Assembly: GCA_963718615.1 (NCBI GenBank)
Contig: OY970368.1
Location: 3,552,001 to 3,616,000 of the forward strand
Direction: 5' to 3'
Origin: an uncultured cyanobacterium
GTDB taxonomy: Bacteria > Cyanobacteriota > Cyanobacteriia > PCC-9006 > JAAUQQ01
DNA: 64,000 bases
Shown here: positions 1 through 10,878 of the stretch, in pieces
Layout: each line of letters begins with the position of its first letter
Position numbering within the stretch: position 1 is the stretch's first letter
The notes under the pieces: model-generated
Seen by the model: only the letters and a program-made list of their open reading frames with translations
Told to the model about the DNA's origin: nothing
The model's database searches: none
Translations under genes and position numbers: made by a program

Positions 1-1
1 A

Positions 2-631
2 ATTGCCCTCAAGCTCCTTGAACATGGTCATGTTCATGCCAAAGGCATCATTGGCCTCATCCACAATGCGCTCTGCGGTCGCTTGATCAATCGGCAATTC
101 ATTCATTGCCGCACGATAGGTATTTTTAAACGCCTTCTCGTCGTCGATCGCTTCAAATTCGTAAAACGCCGTCCCGTTGCCATCGCTCAAATTCATGCCG
201 TTCTGAGCAATCTTCTTGAGGATTTGTCCCCCAGATAGGTCACCCAAATACCGGGTATAGGCATGGGCAACAAGTAACTCAGGAGATTCCTGGGCCACCT
301 GATGAATGCGATTGACATAGGCTTGAGCCGCCGGAGAAGGCTTCACCTGACTTTGCCAATGATTACCGAAATAATATTGCAGATCCCGCTCTAAACTCGC
401 TTTTCGATTGAGCACAGGAAAATAAAGCTTGGCAATGACCGGGTGCTCCTTTAGCCGCTCAAACTCTTCCTCCATTGCCGAATAGACAAAGTAGAGATTA
501 GTTACCAAAGTGCGATAGGAATTCTTCTCAACCGTACCTTTCAAAAAGCAGGCCACAAACCCCGTATTTTCTGCCATCGTGTGGGATTTTTTTGTCCCTT
601 CCCGAAGCATCGTCGCCAAATTAACGCTCAT
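2..631 (-). CDS. ho1: Heme oxygenase (biliverdin-producing, HO1 type), 3' end runs off the window
   Basis: Not in the ORF track. Manual translation from ATG at 631 gives MSVNLATMLREGTKKSHTMAENTGFVACFLKGTVEKNSYR...LVAHAYTRYLGDLSGGQILKKIAQ, the cyanobacterial HO1 signature. Confidence 0.95.
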   Translation of the reverse strand, partial: MSVNLATMLREGTKKSHTMAENTGFVACFLKGTVEKNSYRTLVTNLYFVYSAMEEEFERLKEHPVIAKLYFPVLNRKASLERDLQYYFGNHWQSQVKPSPAAQAYVNRIHQVAQESPELLVAHAYTRYLGDLSGGQILKKIAQNGMNLSDGNGTAFYEFEAIDDEKAFKNTYRAAMNELPIDQATAERIVDEANDAFGMNMTMFKELEGN

Positions 632-747
632 ATTAAAATCCCAATCTCAGAAACTAAGAAAGTTCAGAAACGAATCCGAATTTAAAAACCACCTAGTCTG
701 TTAACGTAAAACGATTTGAGAACGCTTAGCATTAAGAATCGTAAAAA

Positions 748-765
748 ATTACAGATTGTTACAAT
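748..765 (+). promoter_or_regulatory. HLR1-like direct repeat (putative RpaB binding site) upstream of ho1
   Basis: ATTACAGA-TT-GTTACAAT resembles the (G/T)TTACA(T/A)(T/A)-N2-(G/T)TTACA(T/A)(T/A) consensus. It lies ~120 bp upstream of a phycobilin-synthesis gene. Confidence 0.5.
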
Positions 766-1093
766 CACCGCTCAGAATTGGCGTCGCTGGGGACTGGGCA
801 AGGCGTCTTGGACCTGGTAACTCACCGCCCGTTGAGGGGAACGCTGGGACGGTTGCTGCCGCCGCTGCAGGCGTTGTTGGCGACGACGGGTGCGATCGCG
901 ATCCTCCCGACGGGCCACAAAATAACCCAGTCCGCCCATCGCCACAACACTCAGCACCATGGCCCAGCTCTCCCAAAGACGAGGGTCAAACAATTCATCC
1001 GTGGGGCTATAAACGACCATTGATCTTCCCTGAACTCGACGGATTTCAACGGATTTCAATGGTACTGGCTAGTGGCGGATTCTGGGCGCTGGC

Positions 1094-2062
1094 TTAGACT
1101 AAGCTCGGCGTTGGGGGCCTTAGATCCGCAGAACGGGAGGCTTCCCGTCGAGGCGGTGCTGGGATGAGAGGCGCAATGCCGGCCTGGTCCAGAATGGCGG
1201 GAATGAGATCCTCTCGTTTGACCGCCATCAGGTGAACCCCTTGACAGAGATCTTTGGCGAAACGGACCTGCTCGGCAGCGATCGCCACCCCCTCCGCCAG
1301 GGGATCCTTGGCCTGGGCCAACCGGTTGATCAGGGAGTCCGGAATATTGACACCGGGCACATAGCGATTAATAAATTGGGCATTTTTAGCAGATTTCAGC
1401 AGAAAAATTCCCGCCAAAATGGGTTGGCCTGCGGGCTGAGCCACTTGGGTCATAAAGGCTTCCAGGCGATCGAAATCCGTAATCATCTGGCTCTGGAAAA
1501 ACTGGGCACCCGCCGCAATTTTGCGCTCAAACCGGCGCTGAAGCGAGGAAAAACTGGCCAGTTGCGGATCCACGGCTGCGCCTGCGAGCAGATCCGTGGC
1601 TCCATCGGTCAGGGGTTGATCACTCCAGTCGCTGCCCCCATTGAGCTTGCGGATGAGCTGTAGCAGCCGCACAGACTCTAGCTCGAACACGGCCCTTGCA
1701 TCGGGCTGGTCTCCGGCTTTGACCGGGTCACCCGTGAGCGCCAAAATATTGCGCAATCCCAGGGCATGGGCTCCGAGCAGATCCGCCTGGAGGGCAATGC
1801 GATTGCGATCGCGACAAGTCACCTGGCAAATCGCCTCCACCCCATTGTGCTGGAGCAACAGACAGGACGCCAGCGAAGACATCCGCAGGACGGCGCGACT
1901 ACCATCGGTGACATTGACCGCATGGACCCGGTCCTTGAGTCGCAGCGCCATGTCCAACATATGGGCGGGGTTGCCGCCTTTGGGGGGAGCAACTTCGGCG
2001 GTGAGCAGAAAATCACCCTGCTGAATCGCCTGTCGCAAGCGCTGGGGAATCGGTAAGGTCAT
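1094..2062 (-). CDS. metF: Methylenetetrahydrofolate reductase
   Basis: TAEVAPPKG, VNVTDG, CRDRNRIALQADLLGA, LALTGDP, GAQFFQSQ motifs. Confidence 0.92.
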   Translation of the reverse strand: MTLPIPQRLRQAIQQGDFLLTAEVAPPKGGNPAHMLDMALRLKDRVHAVNVTDGSRAVLRMSSLASCLLLQHNGVEAICQVTCRDRNRIALQADLLGAHALGLRNILALTGDPVKAGDQPDARAVFELESVRLLQLIRKLNGGSDWSDQPLTDGATDLLAGAAVDPQLASFSSLQRRFERKIAAGAQFFQSQMITDFDRLEAFMTQVAQPAGQPILAGIFLLKSAKNAQFINRYVPGVNIPDSLINRLAQAKDPLAEGVAIAAEQVRFAKDLCQGVHLMAVKREDLIPAILDQAGIAPLIPAPPRREASRSADLRPPTPSLV

Positions 2063-2247
2063 AAATAGAAAGTTAGAGGGTTAATTCGCGTTAATCAATT
2101 GGCAATAGAGCGTTCTGCTAAAGTCCTTTGCGAGTTAAATCGGCAAAGATCTTTTGTCAGTGTAGGTCGAGGATAGGGCGATCGCCGCTTAGGGGGTCGC
2201 TGACTTGCAGAAAATTGATACGGATTATAGCGATCGCTCCCGTAAGT

Positions 2248-3258
2248 TTAGAGCGGCTTCATAAAGCCCATGGCGGTTTTGACTCGTTCTAGGGTGACAC
2301 TGGCGACGGCATTGGCCCGTTCTCGTCCGTCTCGGAGAACCCCGTCTAAGTAGGGGCGATCGCCCATGACCGTTTGATATTTTTCCTGAATAGGAGCCAG
2401 AGCACTGATCAGCGTTTCGGTGAGCAGGGGTTTAAATTGTCCCCAACCCATCTCCGCACATTCAGCAGCAACGGCATCCCGAGACTGGCCCGAGAACAAC
2501 TGGTAGAGGCTGAGTAAATTATGACATTCCGGGCGATCGGGATTGTCAAATTCGAGGCCCCGCTGGGGGTCGGTCTTGCATTTCTTGATTTTCTTTTGGA
2601 TCAGCTCCGGGGAATCCGTCAGGTCGATGCGGCTCAGTTCCGACGGATCGGATTTAGACATTTTCTTTGTGCCATCGCTCAAGCTCATGACCCTGGCCCC
2701 CGCTTTTTGGATCAAGGGCTCAGGCACCTTGAGGAGCGGCGTGTCCGGTTGACCAAAGAGAAAATTGACCCGATTGGCAATATCCCGCGTCAGCTCTAGG
2801 TGCTGCTTTTGGTCTTCTCCCACGGGGACGACATCGGGTTCGTAGAGCAAAATATCGGCAGCCTGGAGGATGGGATAGCCCTGGAGCCCCACGCTGACGT
2901 TTTCTCCCTGTTTGATGGCTTTTTCCTTAAACTGAATCATCCGCTCTAGCCAGTTGAGCGGCGTAATGCAGTTAAACAACCAGGCCAATTCGCTGTGGGC
3001 GGAGAGCTGCGATTGGACAAAAATGGTCGATCGCGTCGGGTCAATCCCACAGGCAATATAGGTCGCGGCAACCTGGCGAACATTATCAGCGAGCTGGGCC
3101 GGATCGTGGGGCACCGTGATCGCATGCAAATCAGCCATGAAGAGATAACAGTCATAGTCCGCCTGAAGCTGGACCCAGTTGCGAATTGCACCCAAATAAT
3201 TGCCCAGGTGCAAATTGCCGGTGGGCTGAACCCCAGAGAGAATACGAGGCTGTGTCAT
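2248..3258 (-). CDS. trpS: Tryptophan--tRNA ligase
   Basis: SGVQPTGNLHLGNY (HIGH-like), VPVGEDQKQH, KMSKS. Confidence 0.97.
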   Translation of the reverse strand: MTQPRILSGVQPTGNLHLGNYLGAIRNWVQLQADYDCYLFMADLHAITVPHDPAQLADNVRQVAATYIACGIDPTRSTIFVQSQLSAHSELAWLFNCITPLNWLERMIQFKEKAIKQGENVSVGLQGYPILQAADILLYEPDVVPVGEDQKQHLELTRDIANRVNFLFGQPDTPLLKVPEPLIQKAGARVMSLSDGTKKMSKSDPSELSRIDLTDSPELIQKKIKKCKTDPQRGLEFDNPDRPECHNLLSLYQLFSGQSRDAVAAECAEMGWGQFKPLLTETLISALAPIQEKYQTVMGDRPYLDGVLRDGRERANAVASVTLERVKTAMGFMKPL

Positions 3259-3304
3259 GGATCGCGGAAGTCAAAGTCGTAAATGAGCATAGACCTAAAC
3301 GGGG

Positions 3305-6300
3305 CTAATTGCGTACCAGTTGAGGCCAGGGAATCATCGGGTCTTCCGCCAGGTGGTTAGAAACGTCTCTAGCGCCATAGCGGTTGAGATGGCTCGGATC
3401 CGAGAAATTTCCAAAGGCATCCGGCCAAAGCTGGGAGAGGTCGCGGAAGGTGAGCTGTTGCTGGGTCATCCGCTGGAACATATGGCGCTGAAATAGGCGC
3501 TCGTAGCGCGATCGCACCGGATCCAGATAGTCCGTGGTTAGGGGCAAATTGACAAATACCAGGGGAATATTTTGCGAGCGCGTAATTTGCACAATATTCT
3601 CAAGGGCCGACATTTGCCCCCCATCCAAGCGAAAGTCTTGGTAATCCCCATCATAGGCACCGCTAACGCGAGAATAGCGCTGATAGTAGGTGGCAGGATT
3701 AAACCGAACTGACAGGGACATAAAGCCATCGAAGTCGATAATGCCTTCTCCCTCGGGCGCATCGGGCACCATCTCGGCATGGTTAAAGGGACCGAGACCG
3801 GCATTTTTTTGTAAATCCGAGAGGCTGCGGGCAAACCGGGCGGAGAGGGCCTCTTGGATGCGATCGCGCTGACCATGGACAGAAGACAATCCCCCCATCT
3901 GTTCATCCAGCCAATCATCGAGGTCCTGGCTATTAAACCGCTGGGTCAGCCACGACAGTTTTGGTCCATCGGCTTCAGGGGCTAACCGCAGTTGGTTGGC
4001 GACCCCTTCCCCAAACAGGGCGGGAAGCTTGCCCTTTTCCAATTTGCGAAAGGCGGGGGAATCTTGAATGGCTTCATAGGTGGCATCGGAGCGACCGCTA
4101 TTAAAAGCCCGCGCCCCGTCGGCCCAGAGGACTAAACCTGGACGATAGTCTGGGTCGAGCAACAGCAGCAATTGGAGCTCGACCACCTGAGCCGTGGACC
4201 CATTAATACTGAAGTTAAAGATTTTCAGATCCGGGTGACCCAGCTTGGTGAGCCCCGCTGCCAGGGTACTGGGGTCAATGCCCCGTAGCGCCCGCGAACT
4301 GCCCAAAATCAGGATGTCGGGGGGACCTTCGGTCATGACCCGCTGACGATAGAGAGCGAGCTTTTCGTCAAATAGCGAATTGTTAAAACTGGGATATTCC
4401 CGCTGAAGCGCTAGGACTTGCTGAGTCTGAGCCGCTCGCAGGGAGCCCTGGGTAAACTTTGTTGAGCTGAAGGCAGACCCCGTTTCTGATTTTTGCAACA
4501 GGGCATCGCCGAGGGCGTCGGGATTGGCCGCTAAATCGATCACGGCAGGGTCGGTTCCCGTCAGATGATGCAAGGTCTGCCCGCCTACCAGGTCGGTACT
4601 AACCGCCGCCAGAAGTCCAAGACTGGCCCAAATGAGAGCCACTTTGCCAGGGGAAAACCAGCCGGGGCGGGAGGGGTCGGGAACAGCCGCATCTTCCAGG
4701 GGCGGCAGCAGGGATGCTGCTGGGGCAAAGAGCTGGGTTTTGAGCAATAGCTGTCGACTATTTTCTACGAAGCTCTTTAGCCCAAATCCAACCCCTTGGC
4801 CCGACCCCGCCAGCGATCGCGTCATCGGCCAGGGCGATCGCTCCGCGCCAATCTCCGCCCCATCTTGGGTTAACAGATCATGGCCCCGCGCCTCTGTCAC
4901 CGCAAACTGGGGCACCGCATCCCCCCCATCGGTCTGCCGAGGCACAAAATCTCGGCCATATTGCCAGCGGGGCTGTACCTGACCGGCCCGTCGTCCGTAG
5001 ATACGCACCCCTGAGACCTTGGGCAACCGCAGTTGGCGGATATATTTGGCGATCGGACGACCCACGGTCTTGCGACGCGGACAGAGGGGCGCATCGCACA
5101 TGACATGGAGGAGATCCCCTCGGCGCAAAAGCTGCACCCGGATGCCCCCGGTTTGAAGCTGCCGGTCTAGATCGGCATTAAGCACCCGACTGAGTAAAAA
5201 TGTGGCAGCGGCCAGATCGCCCCGCTCCGCCAATTCCAGCGTGGGTTCTGCCAATTCGGGGTGATCCGCCCCCGGTAACGCCAGCCACTCGACCCATTGG
5301 TGGCGATCGCCCACCGCCGGTTTCTCAACCCCAGATCCCTCACAGCCGTAGATCGTCGCCGCATGGAGTCCTTGAGGGGCCAGTTCTTCTAGGACTGGGG
5401 CGATCGCCCCACGCACCTGGTTTGAATCCAAGGGGGTTTGCGTCGTGGCACGACAAAAAATTTGCAGAGCCTTTTGTTTCGCCTGCACCGTCACCGTTCC
5501 CCCCAGGTCTTGGAGAACGGGTTCTAGCAAACGCTCGATCGCCTCCCCGTCCCCCCACCGCGCCCACTGGCGCAGTAACTCCTGCTTGGGGGTCAGATCA
5601 ATCCGCAGTGCCCAATCCGGTTGGGGTTCGCCTCGCACCTGACTAAACACTGCCGCATCCTGGAATCCATCGAGGTCGAGGGATCGCAAGTGTGTCACCA
5701 CCCAATCCGCTACGATGGCCGGATCCAGGCTATAGCTCGATTCACACAACACCCAAAGGCGCTGGGCATCCCCCAAGGAAACCGCCCCATCGGAACTCGC
5801 CGACTTCACCGCCACTCGCACCGAAATCCCCAGGTCGCTGAGCATTTCGCTGAGATAGCGGGCGATCGCCTCCGGTTCCCCCTGCTGGGCTCGGTTGCGG
5901 CTCGACAAGCGCAATGAGCCAACCCCTTTGGCGGTTTGTGCGGTTGGAGTGTGTGCGGCTGGAATTTGCTCGGGGGGAGTTCGCTCAGGGGGAGTCGGTA
6001 TCGACGATGGCGTCTCCAGGGCCTTGGCCAACGGTGCAAAGGGAGAGGCCAAAAGCGCCGCTGCGGTCAAAGACTCCGGGTCTGATCCCGGTTGCGCCGA
6101 ATTTTGGGGCTGGGCCTTGTGCGGGATGGGATGCTGGACCTGAGCCTGTTGTTGAGTCTGGCGCTGCTGTTTTAACCAGTGCTTGACCTGATCCAACTGC
6201 TGCGGATCCAGAGGCTGACTCCATTGGGCATGGCGATCGCCCCGACTGCGGCCATAGACCAAAACTCGATAAATGGGCGGCGTTGAGAGCTTGAGACGCC

Positions 6301-6529
6301 CCGCTACCAGGGGCTGCGACAGGCTATGGAGCAGCGCTTCCAGCACCGCCACTGCCGCTGGGCACACGGAGCCCTCTAGGAGCAAATGCAACGTATTCCC
6401 CCGCTGCTGGGTCTTCACCTTCAAATCGGTAGAGACACCTGCCTGCTCCAACTGGTTAAAAAACCAGCGAGCCGTAAACAACGAGGCTTGGGTGCGGGAG
6501 ACAGGCTTGGACAGGGTAGACTGGGCCAT
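3305..6529 (-). CDS. Large cyanobacterial protein with C-terminal SGNH-like DUF1574 domain
   Basis: 1074 aa, repeated 'RIYGR...QP.W' N-terminal modules, one TM segment, C-terminal ILGSSRA...NG...DPSHLN.YGA. Confidence 0.75.
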   Translation of the reverse strand: MAQSTLSKPVSRTQASLFTARWFFNQLEQAGVSTDLKVKTQQRGNTLHLLLEGSVCPAAVAVLEALLHSLSQPLVAGRLKLSTPPIYRVLVYGRSRGDRHAQWSQPLDPQQLDQVKHWLKQQRQTQQQAQVQHPIPHKAQPQNSAQPGSDPESLTAAALLASPFAPLAKALETPSSIPTPPERTPPEQIPAAHTPTAQTAKGVGSLRLSSRNRAQQGEPEAIARYLSEMLSDLGISVRVAVKSASSDGAVSLGDAQRLWVLCESSYSLDPAIVADWVVTHLRSLDLDGFQDAAVFSQVRGEPQPDWALRIDLTPKQELLRQWARWGDGEAIERLLEPVLQDLGGTVTVQAKQKALQIFCRATTQTPLDSNQVRGAIAPVLEELAPQGLHAATIYGCEGSGVEKPAVGDRHQWVEWLALPGADHPELAEPTLELAERGDLAAATFLLSRVLNADLDRQLQTGGIRVQLLRRGDLLHVMCDAPLCPRRKTVGRPIAKYIRQLRLPKVSGVRIYGRRAGQVQPRWQYGRDFVPRQTDGGDAVPQFAVTEARGHDLLTQDGAEIGAERSPWPMTRSLAGSGQGVGFGLKSFVENSRQLLLKTQLFAPAASLLPPLEDAAVPDPSRPGWFSPGKVALIWASLGLLAAVSTDLVGGQTLHHLTGTDPAVIDLAANPDALGDALLQKSETGSAFSSTKFTQGSLRAAQTQQVLALQREYPSFNNSLFDEKLALYRQRVMTEGPPDILILGSSRALRGIDPSTLAAGLTKLGHPDLKIFNFSINGSTAQVVELQLLLLLDPDYRPGLVLWADGARAFNSGRSDATYEAIQDSPAFRKLEKGKLPALFGEGVANQLRLAPEADGPKLSWLTQRFNSQDLDDWLDEQMGGLSSVHGQRDRIQEALSARFARSLSDLQKNAGLGPFNHAEMVPDAPEGEGIIDFDGFMSLSVRFNPATYYQRYSRVSGAYDGDYQDFRLDGGQMSALENIVQITRSQNIPLVFVNLPLTTDYLDPVRSRYERLFQRHMFQRMTQQQLTFRDLSQLWPDAFGNFSDPSHLNRYGARDVSNHLAEDPMIPWPQLVRN

Positions 6530-6705
6530 TGCGTAAGGGCGACGCAGTACAGAATAGGAAAAACTGCTTTTAACACCGCACAGGCGGCAGCGAAAGCGCG
6601 TTAAGCGTACCGTAAAATCAAGAGTAAATCACGTTTTGCAAGGATGTACCACAAGAAGGTCCGTCTACGGCAACATTTTTTCATTTCATTCCCCCTTTCC
6701 TCACC

Positions 6706-7014
6706 ATGGTTTCCGCCTCTCCCTTTGTCTCCCCTCCCCGTGAGCCCAATTCAGCAGACCACCCATCCTCCGGGATTTCTGCCTCGGGTCTGTCCCTCGT
6801 CCTGGGCATGGCGACGGCTCCGCTATTGGCCAGTTTGGTGGCAACCCGCTGGTGGATGACCTGGGTTGAACAAGTGGGCGACGCCAGCATAGAAATTTTT
6901 CGGGGCGATCGCCTCCCGCTCCTCAAGCAATCCAGCCCCAATTCCGCTGCTGTTTCCCCCAACTCTTCCCCCACTGTTCCTGCTGTACAGGTGACCCCGT
7001 CCACCATCCTCTAA
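6706..7014 (+). CDS. Small conserved cyanobacterial hypothetical protein
   Basis: 102 aa with a hydrophobic stretch and G.AS.EIFRGDRLPLL motif; directly upstream of ppc. Confidence 0.65.
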   Translation: MVSASPFVSPPREPNSADHPSSGISASGLSLVLGMATAPLLASLVATRWWMTWVEQVGDASIEIFRGDRLPLLKQSSPNSAAVSPNSSPTVPAVQVTPSTIL

Positions 7015-7050
7015 AATTCAGGTAGTACAGCCGGATCGAGCACCCCTCTA

Positions 7051-10000
7051 ATGAGTCCCAGTTTGCAATCCTCCGACGACGCCTCCCAGAGCAATACACT
7101 TTTAGACCCTTACCCAGAGAATACAGTGACCCTTTCCGTGACTTCTCCGGCGGATCTTGCCCTCAGACACCGGATCAAAATCGTTGAAGATCTCTGGGAA
7201 TCTGTTTTGGCGCAGGAGTGTGGACCGGACCTGGTAGCGATTCTGACGCGATTGCGCAAGCTTTGTTCTCCTGAGGGCCAAGCGCCCAAGGCCGTGGAAC
7301 ATGAGCTGCTGCATGTGGTCGAAAATCTGGACCTAGACAATGCCATTCGAGCGGCTCGGGCCTTCGCGCTGTATTTTCAGCTCATTAATATTGTCGAGCA
7401 GCACTACGAACAGCAGCAGTATCGAGCAGCTTACGAAAGCGCCAACTCCGGGGAGAGTGAAGCGCCCGGTTCGATCTTGGAACGGTTTTATCCCCTGGGA
7501 CAGGCAGCTCCGGGGGAATCGGAAACCGACTGGTTAGATGACAACAATGCCGTTGACCCCACGCCAGCTCCTCCCCCAGAAACCTTCAAAACGCTCTTCC
7601 CCAAGCTCCAAACCCTCAATGTTCCCCCGCAGCAAATTCAAGATTTGCTCGATAAGCTCGACATCCGCTTGGTCTTTACGGCCCACCCCACCGAAATCGT
7701 GCGACACACCATTCGCGATAAGCAGCGACGCATCGTGGGGATTTTGCGCAAACTCGATCGCATCGAACAGGGCAATGAAGCCGTTGCCCTCGGCAAAACC
7801 TGGGAAGTAGACATGCTGCGACGACGGATGACCGAAGAAATTCGGCTCTGGTGGCGCACGGATGAACTACACCAGTTCAAGCCTACGGTCCTAGATGAAG
7901 TTGACTACGCGTTGCACTACTTCCAAGAAGTTCTGTTTGATGTCATTCCCCAGCTCTATCAGCGCTGTCAGGATTCGCTCAAAACCCTTCCTCAAAACCT
8001 TCTGCCCCCGCGCCGCAACTTTTGCCGATTTGGCTCCTGGGTCGGGTCCGATCGCGATGGTAACCCCTCCGTCACCCCCCAGGTCACCTGGCAGACCGCC
8101 TGCTATCAGCGCAGCATTGTCTTACAGCGCTACATCACCGCCATTACCCAACTGCAAAATCTGCTGAGCCAATCCCTCCACTGGAGCGAGGTTCTGCCGG
8201 AACTGCTGGAATCCCTAGAGCAGGAACAGGCTCAAATGCCAGAAGTGTATGAGCAACTGGCAATCCGCTATCGGCAAGAGCCCTATCGCCTCAAACTGGC
8301 CTATATCAAGCAGCGCTTGCAGAATACCCTAGAGCGCAACGCACGGCTCCAGGTGGTGGATATCTTAGACCAGGACTTGCCGGAGCGTCGTCCGGGGATG
8401 GTTTACCATTCAGGCCAAGAGTTTTTGGCAGAAGTGCAGCTTATTCAGCGCAGCATCAAAGAAACGGGGCTGAGCTGTTACGAATTGGATAGCTTGATCT
8501 GTCAGGTAGAAATTTTTGGTTTCAATCTGGCAATGCTCGATATCCGTCAGGAAAGTACCCGTCACTCGGATGCCATTACCGAAATTACCGAATATCTGCA
8601 AATCTTGCCCAAGCGCTACGACGATATGAGCGAAGCCGAGCGCACGCAATGGTTGGTGACGGAACTCTCCAATCGGCGGCCTTTGGCTCCTGCGGAACTG
8701 CCCTTTTCTCAAGGCACCCGCGAAACGCTCGAAACCTTTCGAGTTGTCCGCAATCTGCAGCAGGAATTTGACCCGGAGGCCTGTCAAACCTACATCATCA
8801 GCATGAGCCGGGATGTCAGCGATGTACTGGAGGTGTTGCTCCTCTCCCAGGAAGCCGGTCTCTATGACCCTGTTACCGGAAAAGGCGGTTTGCAGATTGT
8901 GCCGCTGTTTGAGACGGTGGAAGACTTGCGCCGAGCACCGCAGGTAATGGAGGCGCTGTTCTCGCTGCCCCTGTACAAGGCATTATTAGATGGAGGACGG
9001 GCATCTGATATCCCCGTTGAGGGGCAAGTGTTGCCTCTACAAGAGGTCATGCTGGGCTATTCAGACAGCAATAAGGACTCAGGTTTTCTCAGCAGCAACT
9101 GGGAAATCCATAAGGCTCAAAAGGCTTTGAAGGCAGTGGCAACGCGCCACGGTGTTGCATTGCGTATTTTCCATGGTCGGGGGGGCTCGGTCGGTCGGGG
9201 GGGCGGTCCAGCCTATGAAGCCATTTTGGCCCAGCCCAGCCATAGTATTGATGGCCGAATCAAAATCACCGAGCAAGGCGAAGTTTTGGCGTCTAAATAT
9301 TCCTTGCCGGAGCTGGCGCTCTATAACTTGGAAACCATTACCACCGCAGTGATTCAGTCGAGTATTTTGAGCAGTGGCTTTGATGATATTCAGCCCTGGA
9401 ATAGCATTATGGAAGATCTCGCGGTGAAGTCGCGAACCCATTATCGAGCGCTGATTTATGAACAGCCGGATTTGCTAGATTTCTTTCATCAAGTGACGCC
9501 GATTGAAGAGATTAGCCAATTACAAATTAGTTCCCGTCCCGCAAGACGCAAATCAGGTAAAAAGGACTTAAGCAGTTTGCGGGCTATTCCTTGGGTGTTT
9601 AGCTGGACCCAGAGCCGATTTTTGCTGCCCTCTTGGTATGGCGTTGGCAGTGCGCTGCAGAGTTTTGTCGATGAACGTCCGGAACATAATCTGCGGCTGC
9701 TACGCTATTTCTATGCTAAATGGCCGTTTTTTAAGATGGTTATTTCCAAAGTAGAAATGACGTTAGCCAAGGTGGATCTACAAATTGCGGCTCACTATAT
9801 GAAGGAGTTGGGACATCCGGAGGATCGCGATCGCCTCCAACGGGTGTTTGACCAAATTGCAGAGGAGTACCACCTAACGCGTGGCTTGATTCTCAAGATT
9901 GCACGCCATGGCAAGCTCCTGGATGGTGACCCGAATTTGCAGCGTTCGGTGCAGTTGCGCAACGGCACGATCGTACCACTGGGCTTTTTGCAGGTGTCGT

Positions 10001-10137
10001 TGCTGAAACGGTTGCGGCAGCACCAGGCCCAAAATCGCACGGGGATCTCGCGATCGCGCTACAGCAAAGGTGAGCTCTTGCGGGGGGCACTGCTCACCAT
10101 CAATGGCATTGCTGCGGGAATGCGGAATACGGGTTGA
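7051..10137 (+). CDS. ppc: Phosphoenolpyruvate carboxylase
   Basis: [50 protein letters not shown]-terminal MRNTG. Confidence 0.98.
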   Translation: MSPSLQSSDDASQSNTLLDPYPENTVTLSVTSPADLALRHRIKIVEDLWESVLAQECGPDLVAILTRLRKLCSPEGQAPKAVEHELLHVVENLDLDNAIRAARAFALYFQLINIVEQHYEQQQYRAAYESANSGESEAPGSILERFYPLGQAAPGESETDWLDDNNAVDPTPAPPPETFKTLFPKLQTLNVPPQQIQDLLDKLDIRLVFTAHPTEIVRHTIRDKQRRIVGILRKLDRIEQGNEAVALGKTWEVDMLRRRMTEEIRLWWRTDELHQFKPTVLDEVDYALHYFQEVLFDVIPQLYQRCQDSLKTLPQNLLPPRRNFCRFGSWVGSDRDGNPSVTPQVTWQTACYQRSIVLQRYITAITQLQNLLSQSLHWSEVLPELLESLEQEQAQMPEVYEQLAIRYRQEPYRLKLAYIKQRLQNTLERNARLQVVDILDQDLPERRPGMVYHSGQEFLAEVQLIQRSIKETGLSCYELDSLICQVEIFGFNLAMLDIRQESTRHSDAITEITEYLQILPKRYDDMSEAERTQWLVTELSNRRPLAPAELPFSQGTRETLETFRVVRNLQQEFDPEACQTYIISMSRDVSDVLEVLLLSQEAGLYDPVTGKGGLQIVPLFETVEDLRRAPQVMEALFSLPLYKALLDGGRASDIPVEGQVLPLQEVMLGYSDSNKDSGFLSSNWEIHKAQKALKAVATRHGVALRIFHGRGGSVGRGGGPAYEAILAQPSHSIDGRIKITEQGEVLASKYSLPELALYNLETITTAVIQSSILSSGFDDIQPWNSIMEDLAVKSRTHYRALIYEQPDLLDFFHQVTPIEEISQLQISSRPARRKSGKKDLSSLRAIPWVFSWTQSRFLLPSWYGVGSALQSFVDERPEHNLRLLRYFYAKWPFFKMVISKVEMTLAKVDLQIAAHYMKELGHPEDRDRLQRVFDQIAEEYHLTRGLILKIARHGKLLDGDPNLQRSVQLRNGTIVPLGFLQVSLLKRLRQHQAQNRTGISRSRYSKGELLRGALLTINGIAAGMRNTG

Positions 10138-10186
10138 GATCCTCAGAATTGCTCCAGGATGGGTCCAGATTGCTCCAGAGTCGATC

Positions 10187-10846
10187 CTAAAATTGGTAGC
10201 GGCGATCGCCCAACCACAGCGCCACCGGAATTGCCTTGCCTGACCGATCTACTTTGGCTTCTAATTTAACGTCGCCAATATCGCTCCGCTGAAGCTCTTG
10301 AATGGTGTCGTTGATCTCGTTGCGGCGATCTTCGGGCATATAGTATTGCTCTAGGTTGTAGAGAATGCGATCGCCGTCACTGGTGGCCCGTAGTGCGATT
10401 TGGTCAGGGGAGAGATCCTGGGGGCGATCGCGCTCCAAACGAACCGGCTGCCAAACGGTAGGAGATTGTTCGGCGGAGAGATCAATCTTGCCACTCGGGG
10501 CATTAAGAACGACGTAAACGGCTTGGGTCTGAGGGCGATCGCGCCAGCCCTCGGGGTTTTCGGCGGCTTGAACTTGCTGTTGGATGAGGTCATATCCCGG
10601 CAGTTTTTCAAAGGTTTCAGGGTCAGAAATTTTGTACAGCAGAGTTTGAGAATGGCCTCGAAAAATGTCGTAGGGATCCACGGCCATGGTTTCGAGCACA
10701 ATGCTTTGGCCTGCCACTGCAACGTAGGCATTTCGTAGAGGAACAGGCAAGATCAACAGCAGTTGTAACATCAAAGGAAACCAAAACCGCCAGCTTGGAA
10801 TGGGCGATCGCTGGGGTGGGGACGAAGTGGGAATGGAAACAGTCAT
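10187..10846 (-). CDS. GDYXXLXY-domain membrane-anchored protein
   Basis: N-terminal TM, VDPYDIFRGHSQTLLY, YNLEQYYMPE; paired with the DUF2157 gene. Confidence 0.8.
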   Translation of the reverse strand: MTVSIPTSSPPQRSPIPSWRFWFPLMLQLLLILPVPLRNAYVAVAGQSIVLETMAVDPYDIFRGHSQTLLYKISDPETFEKLPGYDLIQQQVQAAENPEGWRDRPQTQAVYVVLNAPSGKIDLSAEQSPTVWQPVRLERDRPQDLSPDQIALRATSDGDRILYNLEQYYMPEDRRNEINDTIQELQRSDIGDVKLEAKVDRSGKAIPVALWLGDRRYQF

Positions 10847-10878
10847 AATGAAAAATCCCGATGAAACATCCTTAATTG

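Noticed and set aside
749-1097. Four short overlapping ORFs between ho1 and metF
   Set aside because: No recognisable motifs and mutually overlapping; treated as non-coding, though an sRNA cannot be excluded.
2063-2247. Riboswitch upstream of metF
   Set aside because: No SAM, THF or cobalamin consensus recognised; only a TATAAT at 2224-2229 on the minus strand.
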